64,000 nt of DNA from Selaginella moellendorffii (taxonomy: Eukaryota; Plantae; Lycopodiophyta). The first letter of the stretch is position 1, and the number at the start of each line of letters is the position of its first letter. The stretch spans positions 682,001 through 746,000 of the forward strand of contig NW_003314308.1 in assembly GCF_000143415.4 (NCBI RefSeq), read 5' to 3'. A program made the position numbers and the translations under genes. This document shows positions 47,509-59,515 of this stretch, one piece after another. The notes beneath the pieces were generated by a model that saw only the letters and a program-made list of their open reading frames with translations, did not search any database and had not been told where the DNA came from.

Positions 47509-50500
47509 CTAGTTAGCTCCAAAAGTTTTTTGCAACTTAGTAATAGTAAGGTTTGTTTGGTGTATATGAATATTTACTTTAGGATCTTGGTGCAAGATGT
47601 TAATGAAGATGTAGTACATATGTTTATAAGACGCATATGCCTTCTTATGTTCCTCACGCTTTATAAAGTATAGACATATGCAAGAAGGAAAGTTTTGAAT
47701 AACAATTGTGTACTCTCCAACTTTTGTTTTGACTATGTACTCATTTGCAAGTGCAATGATGTACTTCATGGAGAGAATTTCACACTCAAATATTTGAGCC
47801 AAATTTATTTTACCTTGCTTCTGCTTGGAAATGGTACCAATAAATTTAACTGCCTTACCTTTTCTTGTTGGCCTCCTATGCATCTCTATGGGAATAATCT
47901 TGGTTCTGTCACTCATGTCTCCAACTCTCCTCTTAAGATTATTTTAAGGTTTTCACTCTCACCCGAGTTGAGTATAACCCCATTAGCAACCGGCCATTCT
48001 TTAGGTATTGCATCAGGTTTAGTCACTATAGTGTCTTCAAGCCGCTTCATATGGTTGGTATTGGTGTTGCAATAATATAGTCAACACAATCTCAAAATCC
48101 TACTTGCTTTTGTTCCCTATAGAAACATGAGGTTAGAACAAAACCAGATTTGTCACCTCGAATCTAAGCCTAACACTTGCCCCTCAGAAGCATCCCCACA
48201 CACTTTACATTTGATTTTGCTAGCACACGTTGGATTGTTCATTACTTTGGCTTTATGCTACAGTAAGCAATTTCAACCTGTTATAATGCACTTTCTTCAT
48301 TAGCCACTTGAGGTGGCTCAATCTGAAAGCAGTGTCTTGGAGCAAAATGGTACTCAATATCAAGCCTGTGAGAGCTTTTTGTTCCAAGGTCCGTGCCAAC
48401 ATCTTCACTAGTAAAGGAAAAACAATGCTTTGAGCAGATAATCTTTATATCACTAATAGGAGTCTAGGGAGTGTACTCCATAAATGTGCCATGGACCACT
48501 TCCTCAACTACAATTGCCACTATTCGAGTGAGTGAATTTAATTTTCTCTTATCATGTAATATCTCAATAGAAGGCCTTGTTCCCATATATCTTCCTTTCT
48601 TGAATGCCAACGCTTTTGAAGACTGCTCTATAGCATGTATCATATCTGATAGACAGACTTCGTATAGACTCATCTTCCCTTTCCCTACCTTAGAGAAATG
48701 TTAACTCCAATGCTTACTTTCAAAGAGATTCACAGTTGGGGTGTATACAAAGTCCTCAAGTGGTTGATCCTAATGGAAAAGACAATATTAAAAAGCACTT
48801 GAAAAGAGTGATATCCCCATTGAAACATCCTAACTTCCCACCACCCTAACCATAACTCAAGTTGTGGTAAATAATTTATATTTATATGGCCATCTGTAAA
48901 CTCATGAATTTGAACTTCCCAGGAGGTCACTCAGCCTAGTACTATTCAAACCCAAGGACACTTAACTCTAAGTATCCCAAAACCCTTAACTGATTAGAAA
49001 AAGGGGTGCACGTTTATTCATGGGCCCTTTCCCTCTATATTTGAACCTTTATAGATCGTCTCTTAAGTCATTCTCTTTGGTTTCTTACACCATCTTCATG
49101 CCACCATATTCAGATCTTGTCTGCTTTTGCCTCATACTCTTCTTCAGAATGTGTAACTTGCCATTATTTGCACAACTCCTTAAACATTGATTGAAACTTT
49201 GGCGTAATAAGGTGGCAATGCTGGTTTAGACTTTGAGCCCAATGGAACTCATAAATCCTCTCAAAACCTTCCAATGGTTAACCATTCTTAAAAATTGCTT
49301 GGACACCATTTTAGTTTGCACTAGCTCTATCTGCCATGAAATTGCGAAAGTTTGCAGGCTTACTAGTCTACTTTAAGGCAATATTGGAGAAGGACTTCCA
49401 AAATATTTCTTAGGCTGTTTAGTCTTATACTTTAAATTCTACTGTTGCAATTGTCAAGTTACAATATAACTTATGAAAACACAAATATTACGACAATTTC
49501 AATATAATGAAAATAAAAATTACCTTGGATCATACACATAAGCTCTCATAGTTGTCCAACCTGATATGTGTTCCATATGGTCAAAATGTACCTATGCATT
49601 TACAAGATCATTGGACCTAAACATATCCATTCAGGATACAAGATCTACACCAGAGGTAAGGCCCATGGTAGACATTTTGAAGACGAAGGGGTGCTTCTGC
49701 GCATTCACAACTTAGTCTAAAAACAAATGTTTGTAGATGAATTCATATGGACAAGTCCGTTTCAATTCAAGGATAGAGTCAAGTTTTTTATTGCAACTTC
49801 CCCTCTTGAGATTCACATATCCAAGATTTTATCATAAACAATAGAATGTAAGAAAAAGATATTATTGTGACATATGAAATATAATAAACATACCTCTTTA
49901 GGCTATTAGCAGGTTATACTCTTTGTAATAAATCCCACAAACTAGCCTCTTTTAGTTGAGTCTTTTGGCAATCCGGATTGAGTAAGGTGTTTGTAATAAA
50001 ATCCTTGAGGATGGTCTTCTGAATATGCTTCGAAGTTGCATATGAGTTTTTCATAGTCTCTTTCTACATAGCATCTTTGAAATAGTTGAGAGAACTCCTT
50101 TGTATCCCTTTTTACATTAAATGTATGTGTGTGCCAACATGCACTGCAACTCTTCCAGCCACTCCATCCCATGGAAGAAAGTAATACATCTTAGCCTCGC
50201 AAATACCACGATATAGAGGAGTGTTTTTATAGAATCTACATTTGAATTTAACAGCAATGGTGTCATGGGCTAGAGGATTGATTGTAGACCCTTTGAAAAT
50301 TATAAAATTTCTATAGCAATCTCGATTGCATGCTTCATCCACATAATCTAAATGCCCACCACAATGAACTATAAACACTGTGCCTTCAAAATGTTGGAAA
50401 TGTGTGGTCTTGATCTTGCACCAATTGTGGACATCTTGCCTAGTTTCCATCCCCTTCCATTTGGAACCTATGCTGCTGACAAAAAGTGGTAGCTCAAAGA

Positions 50501-50783
50501 AAATGTTGCCATTGTAAGAGGATGGAAGCTTGCTCATGAGCCTATACAAAAACAAATGCATATCAATTGAGAGGCACAAAAACTGGAAAGCATTGTTAAT
50601 GGCTTTGAATATTTTTGAAGCTAGAGTTGAAGCTAATGAATTCGGCACCGACAATAGTATGACTTTTCCATATGAACTAGAAGAGGACGAAAGGATGACA
50701 ATTGACTCTTTCTTCATATTCACTTTGGCTAGAGCGCATATTGGCACTTTGATTGGAGATCCAAAAACTTGAATTTCCTTCAA
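47509..50783 (-). pseudogene. Decayed MULE-like transposase gene with Cys/His N-terminal domain and C-terminal SWIM finger
   Basis: HCGGHLDYVDEAC..FKC..CEAKMYY..RVAVHVGTH at 50112-50783; SWIM-like PSCICLYF...YKHMYYIF at 47509-47916. Many stops. Confidence 0.55.
48895..49089 (-). mobile_element. Cassandra-like solo LTR (195 bp) with 5S rRNA-derived segment and 5-bp TSD
   Basis: Minus strand TGTAAG...TTTACA, homologous to 44647-44840. AGTTAAGTGTCCTTGGG..TAGTACTAGGCTGAGTGACCTCCTGGGAAGT. Flanked by CCATC at 48890-48894 and 49090-49094. Confidence 0.88.
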
Positions 50784-52549
50784 CTTGAAATTTTGTAAAT
50801 CCCATTGTTATCCACCCTCACCCACACCAAAAAGAAGAAACTCTAAGCATGCAACTATACCGGTGTTATTGCAAATCATAGCCTCTAAAGAAATAGAGCT
50901 AAGATGAAGATTAAAATGTTGACATAAAAAACTTTCAGAAACAATACTCTGAGAGAATGAAAGAGGTGGATGATCTTGAAAATGAAGAAGAAACCTCTCC
51001 ATCCTTCTCAATAGGTTTTGGAATTCTCTCTCTTTATACTACTTGTAAAAATCCATAGTGAAAAATAATTGAAATTTAAATAGTAAGAAGAGTGTCAACA
51101 ATATATAAAATGAATTTAAATTCTATAGCAAATTTAACATGTGCAAGTGTGACAGTATTAATATTACTGTCATTTATTATGATGTCTGATCCATGTATAC
51201 ACATAGAACCAAGGAATGTAGCACATGTGGGTTTTACCCTTTATCCTATGGTGATTTACAATAGATAACCACGAAGAGGAACCTAAACCCTCCATGTGCC
51301 ACATGCCACATGCCACATCTCCAAAGGACAATGGAGTGGAACTTGAGTTTCAGTGCCTTGAGCCACTGAACGAAGGAATGGAGCTAAACTTTTAAGCATA
51401 GAGCCAAGGAGTGATAGAACCGGACCACAGAGTGACTCTTGAGCGTTTAGCCCAAGGAGCGAAAGGACAGAAGCATGGAGCAACTTGGAACAATCTTAAA
51501 GTATTCAACATCCTAATGCCAGGACAAGCATGCAAAAAAAAGCCAAATAGATGTAAGCAACTAATTTTTTCCATTCTACTTTAATCACTTAACTGCACCT
51601 CCGACCACTTAGAGGAGTCTCATTCACAACCTCCATAAGTCCCTCTCAAGACTTGAGGTTTGCTAGCCCCGAGAATGGCATCTATGCCACTCAACCTTTG
51701 CACTTGGTCTAAGTGCTCCACGTGTCTGGTCCCATGACCGACACCCCAAGGCACCACTAACATACCAGACCGTTACGCTAGGCCATGCCTAATCACCTTG
51801 GTCACATCGGTGGTCCAACATCATCTGCATTGCAATCCCGTCTCTCCAAAACTGGGCCATCCGTCCATGAGTGGTCATCCCAGATCCACTTCTTAGCATC
51901 CTTAGGATGCCCACAGACATGGGAAATAGCCTTCCCCAATATCTCTTTTCTAGTCCCCACCAAGTCCCTCTCTGTCCTTGGCCATGTTTGCCAACACTGC
52001 CACTGGATCAAGGCCCACAGGCCCGACCACTAAGTCCCACGGTCCTCTAGGACTTCCTCACTGCACGACTGTATCCTTGGTCACTACACTAGAGGATTAC
52101 TCCTCTTCCTTTCCACAGTCTAGGCTTTTGGGACAACATTTCGGAACACCGTGGCCTTACACAAGCCTCATGGGTACTCTCCCTGCCTTCCGCCTTTGGG
52201 TGCTCTAGCCATAGGCTTAGAGTGAGGTTCTGTTGAGCCATGCCTGGTATCCAAGTAGGTAGTGCCACCCACACTTGGACTAGGAGCATCGGCCAGTCGA
52301 TCTCCCGGGGGACCTAGAGCCGGCTCTTGAACACTTCACCAAGCTACCCCGTTTGTCGGTCTGTGTTCACTCTAGTCTTGGACTTCCCAGTGGGCAGCTC
52401 ATCACCTAACACTGGGTACAGCCTTCCTGGGCCAAACTAGCCTTTCCTGGCCAAATTGGCTCCACTGTAGTCCTTCCCCTTACTATACTTTTGGAGCTCA
52501 CCAAACCCCCCAGGGTCTGGGAGACGAACGCTTTGGGCTTTCACCCTCT

Positions 52550-52830
52550 TAGACTCGAACTCAGACTTGGACTCGGACTCGGACTCGGACTCGGGCTTGG
52601 TCTCAGTCTCGGTCCTGATCCCGATCTCGGTCTCAGTCTCGGTCTCGGTCTCGGTCCTGGTCTCGGTCTTGGTCTCGGTCTCGGTCTCGACCTCAGACTC
52701 CATCTTGGTCCATCTTGCACTCCATCTTGGGTCCATCTCGGACCCCATCTCGGACTCCATCTCGAACTCCATCTTGGATCCATCTCGGACTCCATCTTGG
52801 ACTCCGTCTTGGTCCATCTCGGACTCATCC
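52550..52830. repeat. Hexamer/dodecamer minisatellite (GACTCG / GTCTCG / CTCCATCTYGGA)
   Basis: Visible tandem units; a related tract lies at 53830-54100, and both are preceded by tactatacttttgga...gctttgggctttcacc. Confidence 0.9.
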
Positions 52831-53085
52831 ACGTGTCACGTGTTGGTCCATTTGGGTCCCTTTTTGGAGCCTCGCTTATTGCTCGCTTCGTACTCGTTCC
52901 TTGAGCCCTTTGCTGGGAGTTCCACTCCCGCTCTCGACCTTTCAAGTTAGAGCTTTCGGTCCAAACGTGTTACACTCGTTTGGCTTTCGCTTCGGCCACT
53001 ACCATGTGGCACCCTTCCGGCTCCACTTTGGGACCTAGGGATTTTGTGTCTCACAATAGAGTCTAGCGCTATTTCAGCATACCAG

Positions 53086-54175
53086 TGTAAGCCAAAAAAA
53101 TTTCCTTTCCAATTTGCTAGTTTACCTCGTCTATCCGACCACCATGACCTTGGCCTTTGCTAAATTCCTTTGCCAAAGTTTCCACATATTGTACCAGCTC
53201 TTACTTGGTCCTACTTGGATTTAGCAACTCACTGCACGAGCAACAAAGTGCTGGCCATTCTTCCACGGATTCCCAAATCTCTCCCAATCCCCCTCCCTGG
53301 GTTAGACTGGACTTAAGGCTTGGCTACACTCCCTGTAGGCACAAGAAACCAAGCACACTAAGCCTCCAGGTTCCTAACATTCCTTACTACAACAAGGCTT
53401 GATCATGAGACCCTCCAAATCCCAAGCTTTAGGTGCAACACTTGCCTCGGGACGCCGGGGGAAAACACCATGGCCTAACGATCAGGTATGGGTACCTCTA
53501 CCCCCCTAGGAAGGGCGAGGACCAATGAGTCGTAAAGTACTCAAGTGGGGCACCACTCCATATGAGCCAGGGGCACCACAGTCGGTTTCCCTTCCGGGAG
53601 TGGGAGTTGCTTTTGAGCACTTCCTGGGGTGGCCCCTCCGACACCACCCAAGTCCATGCTCACTCCCACCTAAGGCCCTTCAACCCCAGTTTCAACCTCA
53701 AGTCAATTTGAAAGCATCACTAGAGAGTTCCTTCAAGAATGGTTCCTAGACCTCACTATCCCTACTATACTTTTGGAACCCCCTGCAGGCCCCCCCTCCG
53801 GGAGATGCATGCTTTGGGCTTTCACCTCTAGACTTGTATTAGTACTTGGACTCGGTCTCAGACTCGACTTCGGACTCGGTCTTGGACTCGATCTTGGACT
53901 CGACCTCGAACCCGATCTCGGACCCGACCTCAGACTTGACCTCGGACTCGGTCTCAGACCCGATCTCAGATCTCGGACTCTGTCTCAAACTCAGTCTCCA
54001 ACTCGGTCTCGAAGTCAGCCTCGGACTCGATCCCGGACTTTGTCTTGAACTCGGTCTCAGAGTTGGTCTTGGACTCGATCTCAGACTCAGTCCCATCCGA
54101 TGAACTCTTTATCATTTTGGTTATGCTTTCATGGATCCTTTAGCCTACAACACTTCGGGGAGTTGGTTCCTTACA
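53086..54175 (-). mobile_element. Putative LTR (about 1.09 kb) of the Gypsy remnant, containing a GACTCG minisatellite
   Basis: Minus strand TGTAAG...CTTACA, preceded by purine-rich GGGGTGGTGGAGT (PPT-like) and followed by TGGTATG (weak PBS-like). Confidence 0.5.
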
Positions 54176-54599
54176 ACTCCACCACCCATAGAAGAAGTTC
54201 AATGCCCATATCGAATGTCTCTTTTTAATCCTAAGACTTATTGACCATGTCTCCGGGGGCATCCCCCCACTTAGCAATATGCCTAAGTTAGCCTCCCCAG
54301 CCAAGAGCTCATGACAACAAGAAATAAGTGTCCTTATACCCCTTACCTCACCATGCCCTAGTATAGGGTTGGGACTTCAACCCAGCCTTGCTTTACTAGG
54401 GGGTTGGGACTCGAACCCAACCTCCGTAAAATACGTCTACAGATTCGACATCCCCATGAAGAGTGGGGCGTAGTTCCCTACACTTGGTCAACTTAGCTAA
54501 CCCATACTAATTAGCTTACCTTTGGCACGCCTTCGGGTCCTAACATATGCCATTGCTCAACTTCATAAATTGATACTTTTAATTGAACTTTGCATAAGT

Positions 54600-57500
54600 A
54601 CATAGAGTTCTGCCTTGCAGAAATTCCTCCACTAGATCTCGCACGTTCGCTAGGTTCTCCTCTGGTTCCTATGTTGCCTCACAGTGTGGAAATCCTTTCC
54701 ACTTCACATAGAACTCCCTCACCTCGTGTCTTTGTCACTTGCTCTTGTGCACATTGAGGATGGCCTCAACTTCGTATTCTTCTTCCCCTTGGATAACCTC
54801 AGGTAAAGGTCTCACTTGGTCCTTGCAAAGTGGATCCTCAAAGTATGACTTGAGTAAGTTCACATGGAACACTGGGTGCATCTTCTCCATCTCCCGAGGA
54901 AGTCGGAAGTGGTAAGCCACTTTATGCATTCGTGCCTCAATCTCATAAGGCCTCACAAACCTATTTAAGGAACTCAAAATTAGTTCATTTCTAGGAATAC
55001 ATGCATTTTTACCTTTGGGTCAACTTCCAGCTGATCCCACTTGGCAGCCTTAGATTCTTGGTGTTCAGCCACACCTTCTCCCTAGGTTGGAACTCTACAT
55101 CTCGGCACTTCTGGTTTGCATATTTGGTTTGCCTTTGTTGAGCCCATTCCAAGGAATTCCTCACTAGATTCCAAATGTTAAGTCTTTCCGCTGTGAATGC
55201 CTCCACTGTGGGTAACTCTCCATGGCCACGCTGAGTTCCATAAGACCTTCAATAGCTCGCCCATTGATGACTTCCTATGGACTCACCCTGATATTTGAGT
55301 GTGGTGAGTTGTTATAGCACATTTCCACAAGTCCCAAATGACTTACCTAATCAGTTTGGTCTCCGAAGACATAACATCGCAAATAATCCTTTAGCTACCT
55401 ATTCACTATTTCTGTTTGTTCGTCGGTCAAGAAGTGTTAGTGCCATCAAACTTGACTTAATACCCAATACCTATCTGTGGGTGATAGACTGTGTTGAATT
55501 TCAACTTGGTGCATTACTATTTCAGGAGAGTTCTCTAGAACCTACTGGTGAAGATCTTATCTCGATCTGAGATAATCTCCTTTGGTCTTCCCCGCACTCG
55601 AACCACTTGTTTGAAGAATAACTTTGCCACACCTTCTGCATCCACTTCCGTTGTGGTGGGTTGAAATATGCCATCTTCGAAAAATAGTCCACCACCACAA
55701 ATATTGCATCAATCCCCTCGTTTGGGGGAGTCCCGTGATGAAGTCCATTGTAAGACATATTCACGAACGATTTAGAATTGGGATGCTTTGTGACAAGCCC
55801 CCACTAGCCTTAGTCATAGCTTTGACCTATTGACATATTGTACATGTCTTTACATAGTCTTGAACGTCCTTAGCCATATCTGGCCAGTGGTACTTCCTTT
55901 TGAGTAAGCCCATCGTCTTGGGCACTTTGCCGTGTCTCGCAAGAGGTCCGTCATGACACTCTTCTAAGGCTACCTTCCTTAGTTCCTTTTCTGGAACGTA
56001 CACCCTCATTTGTTTATAATAGATGAGTTCATTGCATTTCGCATAACCTGTTTTCTCTTCTGTTAGCAGCTCACCTCTTTGGTGAGCTTCTCGCTCCTCT
56101 TGGTTCCTCAGCAACATTTCTTGTGCTAGACCATTGTTCTCATACGCTATCTGCACATTGTCCCAAAAAGTTGCTGTCGCACTAAATATCGCCAACATCA
56201 AGCTCGCTTTTTGACTTAGAGCATCTGCCACAATGTTGCTCTTCCCAGGTTTATACAGAATCTCTCAATCAAACTCGGCCAAAGCATTGGCCCACCGACG
56301 TTGTTTCCCCCTCAGATCGGGTTGTGACAAGAAGTGTTTCGTTGCCACATTATCTATGTAAACTTTGAAGTGTCTTCCAAGGTAGTGTCGCCACTCTTTG
56401 AGCGCCTTGACCACCGCAAACAATTCTTTCTCATGGGCAGGCCACTTTCGTTAAGCCTTGTCCAACTTTTTTGAGAAGAACACTACTGGATGGTTGTCTT
56501 GCTTTAACACTGCCCCTAATGCAAAGTCCGAAGCATCTATTTCTACCTCAAAGTCCTTACCAAAGTCTAGTAACACTAACACGGGAGCCTTCCTCAACCT
56601 CCCTTTGAGGTGGACAAATACCACCTTGCATTGCACTGTCCATACCATCTTCCCTTTCTTCCCTTTTCCCGTTTGGTCTGTTAAAGGTAGGGTTACTTTC
56701 GAATAGTGTTTGATAAACTTTCGATAGTAGTTGCAAAGCCCCAAGAATGCCCTCAACTCATGTACATTTGATGGTCGTTCCCATTCCTGGATCGCTTGGA
56801 CCTTTTTAGGGTCCACTTTGAGCCCGTCCTTGCCCACCACATGCCCGAGAAACTTCACCTCTTGTTGAGCAAATTTACATTTGCTCTCTTTATCATACAG
56901 CTAGTGTTCCCTTAGTTTTTCAAATACCTTTGTCAAGTGTTCAGCATGTTTCTCTAGGGTCTTGCTATAGGTCAAGATGTCGTCAATGTAGATGACCATG
57001 AAATGGGTACAAAAATATGGTTTATCAATGCTGAGAAAGTTGTTGATGCATTGCACAGCCCAAAGGGCATCACTAGGAACTCAAAGCTTCCATACCTTGT
57101 TCGACAGGTTGTCTTCTACATCTTCCTCTGGTACCCTGATCTGGTAGTATCTTAATCTTAGGTCGATCCTCAAGAAGTATTTCGCCTTTCCTAACCTATC
57201 GAACAAGTCCTCAATCCTTGGTAAAGGGTATTTGTTCTTCTTTGTATACTTGTTGAGCAACCGATAATCTATGCACATGCGCATATATCCATCTTTCTTT
57301 TTCAAAAATAACACCAGTGCACCATACAGTGATTTGCTCAACCTAACATACCCTTTTTCCGCCAACTCCTCAAGTTAGCATTTGAGCTTCTCGAGTTCCT
57401 TTTCATTCAACCGATAGGGGGGACGAACCACCACCTTAGCACCCTTGACTAGTTCGATCTTGTGTTCTATCGGTCATTCGAGGGGTAACTCCGCTGGTAG

Positions 57501-57860
57501 CTCCTCCGGCATGGTATCTTGGAATTGGTTTAACACCCACTGGATCACCAAAGGCACTTCTTTTGTTTCTGTCTTTTTGTCACTCCTCACTGAGAGTAAG
57601 CACAAAAATTCTGCCTTGGTTCTTTTATTGAGTTGTCCTCTCGTGGACACCAGGTTCAAGTAGAATTCTTTGGCCTTACATTGCCCTACCTTTAGATCTT
57701 GGGCCTCCACATTGGATCATTTTCATCGGGCATTCGCCAATACCACAAGGTTCCTACTTTGTCCATGCAAGGTGACCATGAACCAATTGAACCAATCCAT
57801 CCCGAAGATTATGTCAAATCCTGCCAGCTTAAACATGAGAAATGCTTCAATGCTCTTCAC
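54600..57860 (-). mobile_element. Ty3/Gypsy chromovirus pol remnant (PR-RT-RH-IN-chromodomain), 5'-truncated
   Basis: DIIFGMDW (protease end), [48 protein letters not shown] zinc finger, MDFITGLP, HPVFHVNLLK, EEEYEVEAIL..VKWKGF chromodomain. Frameshifts and stops. Confidence 0.95.
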
Positions 57861-58605
57861 AAAAATGCCTCCTTACCCTTATGAGGCAAGGGTTTTATAC
57901 AAGGAAGATGGGGAATATTCTAAGGACCAGAATATTCCCTCTCTCTCTCTCACTCTCTCAATGGCCACGCCCTAACATGCAACCATGGTGGATCGTGTTG
58001 GCTCCAAACGTGCGAGAACCCTCCGAAAAGTGTAAAGTGTACCACTGCTACTGATGCTAAGTGCTGGTAACTACGTGGAATAGTAGAAACTCTAAAAAAC
58101 AAAGTGGAAAAAGAAAGAAAAGGGGTAGGTCTGAAGTTTGAAGATAGGGAGGAAAACCCAGTGAAGCTCTATTTCGTTAAAGTGGGAATTGTCATTATCC
58201 CACTTGTAAAATAAGGTTTCCAAACCTTTATATAGTATATAAATATAACAAAATTCAACTGCATTGAGGCACATGCCATTTTATTTTAAACAAGGAAATG
58301 TCTACTCAATCACTTCTCCTCCCCCTGCCACTGCTTCACCTCTCTCTTTTCCTTGTCATCGTCGTCCAATTTCTTTCCATCCTTTTAATATTGGCTCAGT
58401 TGCTCCGAGTCTAGGTGGAGCCCAAGTCCCCATTCAATCTTTACTTTCCCCTTATTAATAAAACAACTTCGTAGACTTCCAATAACATGCTATAACACTT
58501 CTAGTATAATGCAAATCCTCTCAAAGAATTGTCTTTTAATATTAATACAATGGCATGGAACCCCATGCCATAATAAGTTACATTTTTAAATAAATACATG
58601 CCATC

Positions 58606-59468
58606 TCAGACTGTTATTTTTTGCCTCCAACGCCTATACAATAATTTTGGAATTTCATCACTCTCCACACTATCAGGATTTAAACCCAATAGTAATGCCA
58701 TCTCTTCTCTAATACGTCCACGCTCATGTTCAGTGGTTGAAGAACCCATCCGGTTGAGCAGATTATGGAGATGCGGATAGTGCTTGGCTAGACAATATAC
58801 ATGCCATAAATGATGACTGGTGTCTGTCCGATCAAATGGCTTCTGATATACCGTTCCATCTGCCATTTGGTTGATTTCTGCAGCCACCTCCTGGACTGGC
58901 CGGTTCTCTATCACCATCGCTCCAAGCCGTTTTGCAAGGTCCCCCAGAACATATGGTTTCTTCTCCCTAGTTTCCATACTGCAAGAGATGGGGTGCACTG
59001 CATATGTGTGCGTGTTCGCTGCAGTTTTAATCGGCGAGTCATCGATGATGAGGATTTCACTTGACCTAGCAGTTCGGTTCATCACTACAGCCTCTGGCTT
59101 GACGAAGATGGGCTTGCTACCCCTCACATGGACCATAGTCAAGCAATCCTCCTGCGTTAGGAGAAAGTCAAATGGTAATATTATTCGCGTCTGATCGTGC
59201 ATCATCTGTAGCAACGTTAGTGCATTGTGGCGCATCATGGATGTCCAAACTCCCAATTGCAAATTGAACCCGGCCCTCTGTTTTAAGTGTCGCATAGTCA
59301 TTATTAGACCCTGCAGTTTCTCCCGTGTGATTAATGTGAATCTGTCTCTTTTGACCAACTTGCGACCGCAAGCTTTGGAGGGTGCAGTGACATTCGAGGA
59401 CGAGCCACGCTCATGGGAGAAAAGGACACCGTTCAGATCAAAAACGATACAGTACTTTCGCCGTGACT
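58606..59468 (-). CDS. FCP1/NIF-like HAD phosphatase domain exon (probable last exon of the upstream ParB-MTase-like gene)
   Basis: CIVFDLNGVL (motif I variant), LGVWTSMMRHN, FLLTQEDC, KPIFVK, ILIIDDSPIK..N..A.HP. Acceptor ttcag at 59469-59473. Confidence 0.8.
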
Positions 59469-59515
59469 CTGAAATGAAATGCGTCAGCATAAAAAATGGT
59501 ACAAGTCAATTTTAC

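Noticed and set aside
52437-54103. ET/RP/GL/SD dipeptide-repeat ORFs
   Set aside because: Products of hexamer minisatellites, open in most frames; no coding evidence.
58080-58110. TAGTAGAAACTCT as a possible TIR of the ParB-FCP1 element
   Set aside because: The partner end would lie outside the window; no TSD or second copy to support it.
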